A stretch of DNA of 64,000 nucleotides. It comes from Emcibacteraceae bacterium (GTDB lineage: Bacteria > Pseudomonadota > Alphaproteobacteria > Sphingomonadales > Emcibacteraceae). The stretch is taken from NCBI GenBank assembly GCA_905612225.1, contig CAJQRG010000006.1, positions 1,483 to 65,482 on the forward strand, given 5' to 3'. This document shows, one piece after another, positions 32,406 to 40,807 of the stretch. Positions within the stretch are counted from its first letter, which is position 1, and each line of letters opens with the position of its first letter. The translations under genes and the position numbers were made by a program. The notes beneath the pieces were generated by a model that had not been told where the DNA came from, did not search any database, and saw nothing but the letters and a program-made list of their open reading frames with translations.

Positions 32406-33716
32406 ATGAAAATAGTTGTAATTAAAATTATAAGTATTCTTGTTTTATCTACCTTTTTAACTGCATGTAAAACAGGTGGTGGAGATGAACAGAGGTTTAC
32501 TATTGCTGTTATTCCAGATACCCAAAACATGGTTGATTTTAGTCACCAAAATACGGAAAATTATCCTATTGATAGCGCTGGCATGTTTATTCAGCAGATG
32601 CAGTATCTAGCGGATAATACAAATATACGAGGTGGTAATATTGAATTTGTTACATCAGTAGGTGATGTCTGGCAGCATCGTGAAAATGGTGTTGATCCCG
32701 CTCATGCAATCCGTGGGCTAACTGCGGCTGATGATAGCCCAAAAAAAAACCCAAAAAACCATAGCGGTATTCAAAACTTCGAAATTCCACTAGCTAAACG
32801 AGGTTACAATATATTAGCTGAAACAGGCATCCCTTTTTCAGTAGTACCTGGCAACCACGACTATGACTGGTACTGGCGTGATAGTAGGTTCCCTCGCCAG
32901 CGTGATAGGTTTGATGAATTGCGCGATGAAAGAGGGCGTATTGTTCGTTTTGATCCCACTATCATAGGGATGACACATGTTGGTGGACTTGATAACTTTA
33001 GAAGCGTTTTCAGTGACACAGGACCTTATTTTAAAAATAAAAGCTGGTATATTTCGAGCTATAATGGGGGAGCTAATAGTGCGCAAGTATTTCAAGCTGG
33101 AGGCTATAAATTTCTCCATCTAGGGCTTGAAATGCAGTCTGGTGACGATGTTTTGGATTGGGCTCAAGAAGTTATTAACGCAAACATTGGTATTCCTACT
33201 ATTATATCCACGCATGATTTTCTAACAACAGATGGTGAGCGAAAACAAAGGATTAATGCAGACTATTCTCGCGTTGATCCAGGATATCATAAAGCGACCG
33301 AAGAAATATGGGAAGAATTTATTGCTGTAAATGATCAAATATTTATGGTTCTAAGTGGCCATAACCATGCACAGTCCCGAAGAACGGATAAAAATAATTT
33401 TGGTAATAAAGTTTACCAAATTATGGCAGACTATCAGGATAGAGGCCAATCTCTTAGAACGGATATTAATAAACCCCCAGTAGCTCTTAGTGATGGTTGG
33501 TTGAGATTAATGGAGTTCGACATGGGGAAAGCCTTTCCTGTCATAAACGTCCGAACATATTCTACATATTATAAGAAATTCTCTTATGAAATTCCTGAAT
33601 ATGCTTCTTGGTATAAAAAATGGGAACATCCTGAACTTTCCGATGAAGAATTTAATGCTATGGATTATTTCTCAATTGAACTTACAGACTTTAAGGAACG
33701 GTTTGATAAAAATTAG
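32406..33716 (+). CDS. Calcineurin-like metallophosphoesterase lipoprotein
   Basis: LTAC lipobox; IPDTQ, VGDV, PGNHD, STHD, SGHNH. Confidence 0.8.
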   Translation: MKIVVIKIISILVLSTFLTACKTGGGDEQRFTIAVIPDTQNMVDFSHQNTENYPIDSAGMFIQQMQYLADNTNIRGGNIEFVTSVGDVWQHRENGVDPAHAIRGLTAADDSPKKNPKNHSGIQNFEIPLAKRGYNILAETGIPFSVVPGNHDYDWYWRDSRFPRQRDRFDELRDERGRIVRFDPTIIGMTHVGGLDNFRSVFSDTGPYFKNKSWYISSYNGGANSAQVFQAGGYKFLHLGLEMQSGDDVLDWAQEVINANIGIPTIISTHDFLTTDGERKQRINADYSRVDPGYHKATEEIWEEFIAVNDQIFMVLSGHNHAQSRRTDKNNFGNKVYQIMADYQDRGQSLRTDINKPPVALSDGWLRLMEFDMGKAFPVINVRTYSTYYKKFSYEIPEYASWYKKWEHPELSDEEFNAMDYFSIELTDFKERFDKN

Positions 33717-33768
33717 TAATATTAACTATGTTATGTACTTTTTTTAAAAAAGTAAAAGGGGCTATTGA

Positions 33769-34365
33769 TTGTTAAAAAGACTAAATCGCCGTGAGATATT
33801 AGAGCGTATGGCTATGGTTTCTGGTGGCGCTGTATCACTCACAGTTTTATCAGCCTGCGATGGCGGTGCATCAGTACCCAAAGATACTAAAAATATCAAA
33901 CTTAAAGTTTTGAGTAAGGCAAACCTTGATCTGGTAGGGGATTTAGCTGATGCAATTATTCCTGATACAGATACTTTAGGCGCTAAATCTGTTAATGTTC
34001 ATTATTTTATTGATGAACTTTTAGCTAACTGGATGACAAAGGAAGAACAGGATAGTTTTATCAAAGGCCTTAATTCCCTTGATCAGTCGATAAAATCTGA
34101 ACGAGGTAATACTTTCTCTTTCCTAAGCAGGGATGAAAAGACTACGACGCTTGACAGCCTAGGGCTTGAAATTACTAAAATTACATCGAACGACGTTAAT
34201 AATAAAAGACCTAAGCATATTTATCTTCAGTTACGGGAGTTAATAATTTTTGGTTATTATACATCTGAAATTGGAGCGAGTGAAGAACTTTTATATGATC
34301 CAATGCCTGGTAACTATAAAGGTTGCATTGCTTTTTCAGATGTTGGAAAGGCCTGGTCTACTTAA
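33769..34365 (+). CDS. Gluconate 2-dehydrogenase subunit 3 family protein
   Basis: NRREIL Tat-like leader, ADAIIPDTDTLGA, GYYTSEIGA, PMPGNYKGC. Confidence 0.85.
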   Translation: MLKRLNRREILERMAMVSGGAVSLTVLSACDGGASVPKDTKNIKLKVLSKANLDLVGDLADAIIPDTDTLGAKSVNVHYFIDELLANWMTKEEQDSFIKGLNSLDQSIKSERGNTFSFLSRDEKTTTLDSLGLEITKITSNDVNNKRPKHIYLQLRELIIFGYYTSEIGASEELLYDPMPGNYKGCIAFSDVGKAWST

Positions 34366-34386
34366 TTCAATAAAGTCTTAAATATT

Positions 34387-34968
34387 CTACTCATCTTCAC
34401 TGTAGTATCCTATCACATCACCTTCAGTAGTAACGCCGAGCCCGTTTAGAACACGGTTTGAATAATTAAAATAGGCAACAACTTGATTAACCTCAAGGAT
34501 TTCGCCGTCAGTGCAGTCTGTTTTTCGAAGTGGAACCATGTCATGTTTTGACATTTTAGCAACGCCAGCTGTAAGTTTTTCTGTATAGTTTAAAAGTGCC
34601 AACTCCTTACCCTTAAAATAACGTTCCGGTTTGTTGCTTTCTAGTGCGGCGTATATTTCATCTGATTTTTGTTTATTGTTAATTAAACGCCTTGCATTCA
34701 TAAAATGATGAGTAAGACTGTATTTACATTTATTTATAATGCTGGTGTAAGAGGCTACAACCTCTAAAAACCAAAATGGAAGTGTATTATCTGGATTGTG
34801 AAGTACGGATTTGTATATTGCCATGTGGCCGTCGATGGTATGAGGTCGTAATGACTGACAGCGCATTACATTGTCGACAGTACCATGAGGTGAGCGAGCC
34901 TTGTTGTACATGTCTTTAACGATGCCGGTGGCCTCATCGTCCTCTATCATTTTTATCCAGGCAGTCAT
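34387..34968 (-). CDS. AhpD/carboxymuconolactone decarboxylase-like peroxidase-related protein
   Basis: MTAWIKMI, SLRPHT, NKCKYSLTHH (single Cys, CxYS), VAYFNYSNRVLNGLGV. Confidence 0.85.
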   Translation of the reverse strand: MTAWIKMIEDDEATGIVKDMYNKARSPHGTVDNVMRCQSLRPHTIDGHMAIYKSVLHNPDNTLPFWFLEVVASYTSIINKCKYSLTHHFMNARRLINNKQKSDEIYAALESNKPERYFKGKELALLNYTEKLTAGVAKMSKHDMVPLRKTDCTDGEILEVNQVVAYFNYSNRVLNGLGVTTEGDVIGYYSEDE

Positions 34969-35106
34969 ATTATTCTCTTTAAGTTAAAGTTTTAAAATTA
35001 TAAGTTAAAGGTTCAAGTAATTAGTATAAAAAATCAATAGATTATCAATTTAAGGAAATATTTTAGTTTATTTTTATTTTTCTAATTAAGCAGCTTGAGT
35101 TATGGC

Positions 35107-36162
35107 TTAGTTGAATAGTTCCTTTAATTCCGGCCAAGTGTCCAAACATGTTTTTGTATTTTCAAAAATGTTTGGAAAAAGCACTCCTTTGTTCCAAAGA
35201 GGCATGCCATTAACTTTAATTGTATGGCCGTGATTTGTGCAGCTTATCTCTCCTGGAGCATAGTCACCGCAGGTATGAAAATGAATATAATCAGGTTGAC
35301 TAAAAACTGTATTTGACCATCGGTCAGGGTTATCACTTTCTGGCACCTTATAATTACTGCCTGGATGAATACCAGCGTGCCAGGAATGAACTACGGTAGG
35401 GTCGATATTAAACTTATTAGCCACTTGATTATAATGTTCCTTTACCTTTTTTACTTGGTCTTCCTGACCAGTAAAGCCTGTAATTCGACCTAATTTAATC
35501 TCAGCAATAATAGGTTCAATTAACTTAAGGAAATCCGGTTCATAAACCCGTGATCCTGTAGGGGCAAGATATCGATCCAGAGCCACTTGACCAGAAAATG
35601 TTTTGGCCTCTATTGGTTCGTGCACTCCAAGGGGAAAACGACGAACAGGATCGTTATCATTCCTCTTTTTTTGTGGTTTGGGAAGTGCTCCAGAAAAATT
35701 AGTGCCAAGCGGGCAGCTTATTTCAATCTTTTTAGCATTAAATAATATATCATCAACTGCATTTTTAAAATCTTTAAAAGCATTATAATTTGTAGTGCCA
35801 AATGGTGAGGAAAGCATATCCATGTCACGAATATAACACATTACAATGCGGGTACCATCTTTGGGTTGAGAAAAGCGCTCTTGGTCACCAATTCGACTAA
35901 AAAATATAGTAACAGTATTTTTTTCAATTAATTCAATAAGATCTGTATTGCGAAAATTTGTGGGGCTTCCAACTTTAGTCAGTGTCTGATTTATTCCCAT
36001 TTTTTCTGCCTCTATGGCAATAAATTCAGCACTGTGACCATCGTACCAACCCAAGTCACTTTGTTCAGAAACAATTAACAGTTTATCACCTGACTTTAAT
36101 TCAGCGCAGTTTATTAGTAAATTTCTTGCACCTTTAATATGATTTTCAGTAATATTAATCAT
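35107..36162 (-). CDS. Uncharacterised M29/NicX-like fold metalloprotein
   Basis: ARNLLINCAELKSGDKLLIV start, IEISCPLGTNF, FPLG, GRITGF, HSWHAGIHP, HFHTCG pattern resembles the thermophilic-metalloprotease fold; function unknown. Confidence 0.55.
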   Translation of the reverse strand: MINITENHIKGARNLLINCAELKSGDKLLIVSEQSDLGWYDGHSAEFIAIEAEKMGINQTLTKVGSPTNFRNTDLIELIEKNTVTIFFSRIGDQERFSQPKDGTRIVMCYIRDMDMLSSPFGTTNYNAFKDFKNAVDDILFNAKKIEISCPLGTNFSGALPKPQKKRNDNDPVRRFPLGVHEPIEAKTFSGQVALDRYLAPTGSRVYEPDFLKLIEPIIAEIKLGRITGFTGQEDQVKKVKEHYNQVANKFNIDPTVVHSWHAGIHPGSNYKVPESDNPDRWSNTVFSQPDYIHFHTCGDYAPGEISCTNHGHTIKVNGMPLWNKGVLFPNIFENTKTCLDTWPELKELFN

Positions 36163-36719
36163 CTTCTTTCTGCCTTTATTGTGAGAAATGTAAATGAAGA
36201 TGTCAGAACCTCAGCCACACCATGGCTAAGCTCACTATCAAGCGTAAGGCTATCTCCTTTTTTTAAATGAATTTTATTTTGTCCGTAATTAAATTTTGCC
36301 TCGCCAGACTGCACATGCATGAAGACGACCCCATACCCTATATAGGTGGGTGCGGAGGCATCCTGCTTTTCCATAGTAACAATATGAGCTTCAAAACCAA
36401 GGTCACGACGCATGTGTGAAGCAAGGTTAATAAACTTATGGCTGTGGTTTTCGATAATTCGAGTAGAGTGAATGCCCTGTCCGTCTTTAACATGAGTATA
36501 GTCAACATGGGCGGACGCGGTGTCACGGAAAAAACTAACCATAGGCACATCGAGCGCTTCACTGAGGGAGGAGAGCGTCGAAATAGATGGCGAAACTTGA
36601 CCACTTTCTATTCTACTGATCATAGCGGCTGAGATACCTGCACTTGCAGCGAGTTCTTTCGCATTAAGGCTATGGTTTTCACGCAACTCTCTGAGGGAGG
36701 TTCCAATGGCTATATCCAT
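36159..36719 (-). CDS. XRE-family HTH plus cupin transcriptional regulator
   Basis: IGTSLRELR...ISRIESGQVSPSISTL and LKKGDSLTLDSELSHG; start at ATG 36719, 4 nt after upstream stop. Confidence 0.88.
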   Translation of the reverse strand: MDIAIGTSLRELRENHSLNAKELAASAGISAAMISRIESGQVSPSISTLSSLSEALDVPMVSFFRDTASAHVDYTHVKDGQGIHSTRIIENHSHKFINLASHMRRDLGFEAHIVTMEKQDASAPTYIGYGVVFMHVQSGEAKFNYGQNKIHLKKGDSLTLDSELSHGVAEVLTSSFTFLTIKAERR

Positions 36720-36723
36720 TTGA

Positions 36724-37695
36724 TTATCGGGCAACAGAATGATCCTTTCTATAAGCAAAAGCTTTATCAAAACGCCAGTCAAGGTAGTCACCGCAAGTAA
36801 TAGGTGGTTTACCATCCTTGAAATCCGGGCCAAAGATATCGCAGGGGTCGATGATTGTTTCTGGATTAGGGTCATATGCGAGCACAATAGAAAGCCTTTC
36901 GCGACCGGAACTATTGATCACCCTATGTTGTGTGGACTTATAAGCGCCGGCAGTCCAACGGTGGAGTAAGTCGGCAACGTTGACAATCAGCGTTTCTTGG
37001 ATCGGGGGGGCTTCTATCCAATCTCCATCGCAGTTTTTTATTTGAAGGCCACCTACATTATCTTGGGCCAAGACGGTGAGGACACCAAAATCTGTGTGGG
37101 GACTAGCACCGAACTGTTCATTGATATTTTTTTCTGACTGATAAGGGTAATAAACGAAGGATCCGCGACTAAGAGGTTCATTGGAAGTCTTGAGAAAGAA
37201 GTTTTGATCAAGGTCAAGAGCTAAAGCAAATCCCCTCATAAGATATTCTGCAACCTTATGAACTCTTTTAAAGTATTCTATAGTGGAAAATTTCATATTT
37301 TCATTATTAGAGGGCCAGATGTTTTGTCCGCGGAGCGAGTGGTCTGGTTGATTTAAGTTATCAAACCCCCAAAGAAAACTTTCCTTTAGGTCAGTTTTGG
37401 CACCATCATCCATCATTGCCCCTCCTGAACCTATCCAGCCACGATGTTCATTAGTGATGGGTGTGGTTGATTTTTGAGCTTTGGTACTTCTAAAAAATTT
37501 GTAAGCTTCGGACCTTGCATTGTTGATTATGTGTTGAGGAATCCCGTGACCTTTTATATAGATAAAACCAAGGCCAGTGCTTGCCGCTCGAAGTTCTCGC
37601 GCTACACCAAGAGGATTACTCCCGTCAAGGAGTGCACTAATGTCACAGACAGGAATTTCGTCTGGTTTGGTAGTCTTGACTTTCACAAATGCCAT
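36724..37695 (-). CDS. 2OG-Fe(II) oxygenase, isopenicillin N synthase-like family
   Basis: IPVCDIS, GFIYIKGHGI, HTDFG (HxD), HRV, RLS (RxS); alternative start at 37710. Confidence 0.9.
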   Translation of the reverse strand: MAFVKVKTTKPDEIPVCDISALLDGSNPLGVARELRAASTGLGFIYIKGHGIPQHIINNARSEAYKFFRSTKAQKSTTPITNEHRGWIGSGGAMMDDGAKTDLKESFLWGFDNLNQPDHSLRGQNIWPSNNENMKFSTIEYFKRVHKVAEYLMRGFALALDLDQNFFLKTSNEPLSRGSFVYYPYQSEKNINEQFGASPHTDFGVLTVLAQDNVGGLQIKNCDGDWIEAPPIQETLIVNVADLLHRWTAGAYKSTQHRVINSSGRERLSIVLAYDPNPETIIDPCDIFGPDFKDGKPPITCGDYLDWRFDKAFAYRKDHSVAR

Positions 37696-37788
37696 TAAAA
37701 TAAATCTCATATTACAAAGTATAAATTATGCTTTGTTTATAGTGTGAAATTTACTAATATGCAATTAATTTAATTAAAAGCAATTATA

Positions 37789-38469
37789 TTAAGTGATATC
37801 ATTTTCAAAAAATGTTGGATTTTTACCCCCAATTATAATGTCAAAATTATAGCCGCAATCAAAATCATTAGCTGTTACATTATATTTTTTGCCAATATTA
37901 GCTTTAAAGTTGTCACCCATTAGAATCCGCATGGGATCCTTATCGTTATGTGGATCGTTGGGGAAGTACATTTGTGAAATAAGGCGTGAAGAACCACCAA
38001 TAATTGATACATGGATGTGCGGGGGACGCCAACGGCCAATATCAGGGCGAGCTAAGTATGCGCCCGGCTTAATTGTCCAAAATTCGTAATTACCATCGCT
38101 GTTGCTTAGGGTTCGACCTATGCCGAGAAAGTTTTGATCAATGGGAAGTCCTGAATGATCTTCATCGTGTGTATAGCCCCCATGCTGGTTGGCATTCCAA
38201 ATTTCGATTAGAGCATTTTTGATAGGTCGCCCATATTCATCCATTAATTTCCCTGATACTTTGATAGCTTCTCCAGATGCGCGCGGCCTTCCTGGGGCAA
38301 TCCTCGTCATATCTGCTTCAGCTAAATTAATGCCATGAATTCCTGGAGCATAAGGGACAAAGGATTTGCGTGCGGCTTCTGGTATGAGATTAAGTTTATT
38401 TCGAGGGGTTCTTTCATTTGAGGTGTTATCGGTTGGCCCGATCCCCAGCTGTCTTCCATATTTAGTCAT
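37789..38469 (-). CDS. Intradiol ring-cleavage dioxygenase, catalytic PcaH-like subunit
   Basis: EIWNANQHGGYTH, TIKPGAY, WRPPHIH: both Tyr and both His Fe(III) ligands present; LISQMYF. Confidence 0.85.
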   Translation of the reverse strand: MTKYGRQLGIGPTDNTSNERTPRNKLNLIPEAARKSFVPYAPGIHGINLAEADMTRIAPGRPRASGEAIKVSGKLMDEYGRPIKNALIEIWNANQHGGYTHDEDHSGLPIDQNFLGIGRTLSNSDGNYEFWTIKPGAYLARPDIGRWRPPHIHVSIIGGSSRLISQMYFPNDPHNDKDPMRILMGDNFKANIGKKYNVTANDFDCGYNFDIIIGGKNPTFFENDIT

Positions 38470-38479
38470 AATTTTATTC

Positions 38480-39073
38480 CTAACTTAACAGATCATCAAA
38501 AAACGGAGTTTCATTCTTGCCGGCCATAATAATTTCAATTTCATATTTGTGGTCACTAATTTTATTGATCATGAGCCTTTCGCGCAATTCTTCTGGGATA
38601 GAAAGTAGAAGAGGATCATCCCTATTAGACTTTTCATCTGCAAAAAATAGCTGGGTAACTACTCGCATAATCCCGTCAGAGAATATTGTAACTGTAATAT
38701 TAGGTGCTCTACCATCTGCTGTACCTGGTTTGATGGTAGTTAGGCTAAAATTACCATCTTTAGTTCTATGGCGGGTATAGCCGGTAAACCATGGATCAAC
38801 CATCTCATGACTTTCTGTGTCCGCTCGGTAGTAAACCCCTTGGCTATTGGGTTGCCAAAACTCAAGCAGACAGCCGTTAGAAAGTTTACCATCGATGTCT
38901 TTTACACAACCTTTTATAGTTATTTTTTCACCCAATGGTTTGAAGACGATACCACTACGAATACTTGTCATATCCATACTATTGTTTTCACAAAGTGATG
39001 GAGGATAGTAGGGGCCTACAGTATCTTCATTAGTAGGTGTTAAACGATTGATTTCTTTATTGGAATGTGTCAT
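38480..39073 (-). CDS. Intradiol dioxygenase, non-iron PcaG-like subunit
   Basis: TVGPY, LEFWQPN, TIKPG, RAPNIT (no HxH), DPLLLSIPEELRERL, ETPFFD. Confidence 0.8.
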   Translation of the reverse strand: MTHSNKEINRLTPTNEDTVGPYYPPSLCENNSMDMTSIRSGIVFKPLGEKITIKGCVKDIDGKLSNGCLLEFWQPNSQGVYYRADTESHEMVDPWFTGYTRHRTKDGNFSLTTIKPGTADGRAPNITVTIFSDGIMRVVTQLFFADEKSNRDDPLLLSIPEELRERLMINKISDHKYEIEIIMAGKNETPFFDDLLS

Positions 39074-39085
39074 TCCTTATCCTTA

Positions 39086-39106
39086 AGTTTTGTATGTAAA
39101 ACAATT
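39086..39106. promoter_or_regulatory. Candidate IclR operator 1
   Basis: AGTTTTGTATGTAAAACAATT containing dyad GTTTT-N6-AAAAC; 17/21 identical to 42170-42190. Confidence 0.55.
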
Positions 39107-39132
39107 ATCGTTAATTTTAGGCTATCCTATAG

Positions 39133-39924
39133 ATGTTAGAAACTCTTCACAAGAACCATGAACGTTATTTTGTACCTGGCTTGGATCGCGGACTGCGCGT
39201 TCTGGAGATAGTGGCAAAGGCTAATAACCCACTTACTATTGCTGAAATCGCCAAAAAACTTGACGTATCCCGCTCCTCTGCCTTTCGTATTACCTACACG
39301 CTTAAACACCTTGGTTTCCTTATTACGGATAGTAGTAATAAGCTTTATGAACTTGGCCCGCGAGTTTTGAGTCTTGGCTTTTTTTATCTTAATGGCCAGG
39401 ATATTATTAAAATTGCCAAGCCACATCTTGAAAAATTGCGTGATATCACTGAAATTTCTAGTCATCTTGCTATCCGGGAAGGTAGAGAAGTTCTTTATCT
39501 GGATAACATTGTGTCTAAATCTCCCTTTGTTAGCAATATTTCTAGAGGAGAGCGTCGACCTATCTATGCCAGTCCACTTGGATGGGTTTTGTTGGGTGAT
39601 ATGCTTGATCCAAAAGTTATCGAGCTTTTTAATAATACGAGTTTCAAAAAAATGACTAATCATACACCAGAAAATGTAAATGCTTTGATAGTACGTATCC
39701 GTGACGCGCGTAATTTGGGACATATAGTTTCCCGTGGATACGTGCAGCGGGGAGGCTCGACCATCACCGCACCGATCTTTGACGAAACAGGCGCTGTAGC
39801 CGCAGTCATTGATATTTCTGGCCCTGACAGCGGTTTTAACTTCGATAAAATTGACAGCTTTTATGTTCCTACAGTTGTGGGCGCTGCGAAAAGTATATCC
39901 AGAGACCTGGGGTTTTCGGGATAG
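39133..39924 (+). CDS. IclR family transcriptional regulator
   Basis: VPGLDRGLRVLE, wHTH (SRSSAFRITYTL), YELG, ITAPIFD effector domain. Confidence 0.93.
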   Translation: MLETLHKNHERYFVPGLDRGLRVLEIVAKANNPLTIAEIAKKLDVSRSSAFRITYTLKHLGFLITDSSNKLYELGPRVLSLGFFYLNGQDIIKIAKPHLEKLRDITEISSHLAIREGREVLYLDNIVSKSPFVSNISRGERRPIYASPLGWVLLGDMLDPKVIELFNNTSFKKMTNHTPENVNALIVRIRDARNLGHIVSRGYVQRGGSTITAPIFDETGAVAAVIDISGPDSGFNFDKIDSFYVPTVVGAAKSISRDLGFSG

Positions 39925-39927
39925 CAT
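39136..39927 (-). other. Full-length antisense ORF (263 codons) over iclR; coding status unproven
   Basis: ATG 2 nt after the BKACE stop, AGGA 8 nt upstream, open until TAA opposite iclR codon 2; product has no recognisable motif. Confidence 0.25.
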
Positions 39928-39929
39928 TT

Positions 39930-40799
39930 TTATAGTCCTAATATCTCTCTCGCTTCTGCTGTGCTTGCTATATTTCCACCAAGCTCGTGTATAATATGGA
40001 CAGCCTTTTCAACAAGTTGGGCATTACCAGTGCAAAGTTCACCTTTTTTAATATAAAGATTATCTTCCATACCAACGCGGACGTGCCCGCCAGCAACAAA
40101 TGCTTGCGCAAGCATAGGGTATTCCATACGGCCAATTCCAAAGGCGGCCCAGATAGAATTTTCTGGTAACTGAGACCTAAGGTAAAGCATGGTCTCACTG
40201 TTAGCGGGGGCACCAAAGCGTACGCCCATGACCATCTGAACCATCACTGGAGATTTGATTACACCTTCACTAATAAAATAATTAAGTAGATGCATATCAC
40301 TACTATTAAATATTTCTATCTCAGGTTTAACGCCAGCAGCATATATGCGTTCGGCCATAATTTTAAGATTTTCCGGTGTGTTTATTACTGCGGCTTGCCC
40401 TGACCACATTGTATTTAGATCAAGAGTACATATTTCTGGCTTTAACTTTTCTACGTGACTTACCCGGAGTTCTGGTCGACAAAGTGTTGAGTTTTGAGCA
40501 GCAACCATTGGATTTTCTTTATCTGGGACGAAGCGTCCCCCTTCACCTGTGGTTAGGTTTAAAATTACATCAGTGTTTTTATCACGAATACGGGTGACCA
40601 TTTCATCATACAATGAAAAATCCATTGATCCTTTGCCCGTTTCGCGGTCCCTTACATGTAGATGGACTATGGCTGCCCCTGCTGATGCAGCCTCCAGAGC
40701 TGCCTCAGCAATTTCTTGCGGTGTGATGGGCAGACCTGGATGTGCCTCTCGGCTTGTTAAGTTGCCGGTTACGGCACATGTGATTATTGTTTTATTCAT
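39930..40799 (-). CDS. Beta-keto acid cleavage enzyme (BKACE/DUF849, Kce family)
   Basis: IITCAVTG, LPITPQEIA, AGAAIVHLHVRD, KPEIEIF, GHVRVGMEDN. Confidence 0.92.
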   Translation of the reverse strand: MNKTIITCAVTGNLTSREAHPGLPITPQEIAEAALEAASAGAAIVHLHVRDRETGKGSMDFSLYDEMVTRIRDKNTDVILNLTTGEGGRFVPDKENPMVAAQNSTLCRPELRVSHVEKLKPEICTLDLNTMWSGQAAVINTPENLKIMAERIYAAGVKPEIEIFNSSDMHLLNYFISEGVIKSPVMVQMVMGVRFGAPANSETMLYLRSQLPENSIWAAFGIGRMEYPMLAQAFVAGGHVRVGMEDNLYIKKGELCTGNAQLVEKAVHIIHELGGNIASTAEAREILGL

Positions 40800-40807
40800 G
40801 TAATACC

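Noticed and set aside
36720-36887. 56-aa N-terminal extension of the XRE ORF overlapping the 2OG oxygenase
   Set aside because: The HTH begins at ATG 36719 just after the oxygenase stop; the extension is an ORF-caller artefact
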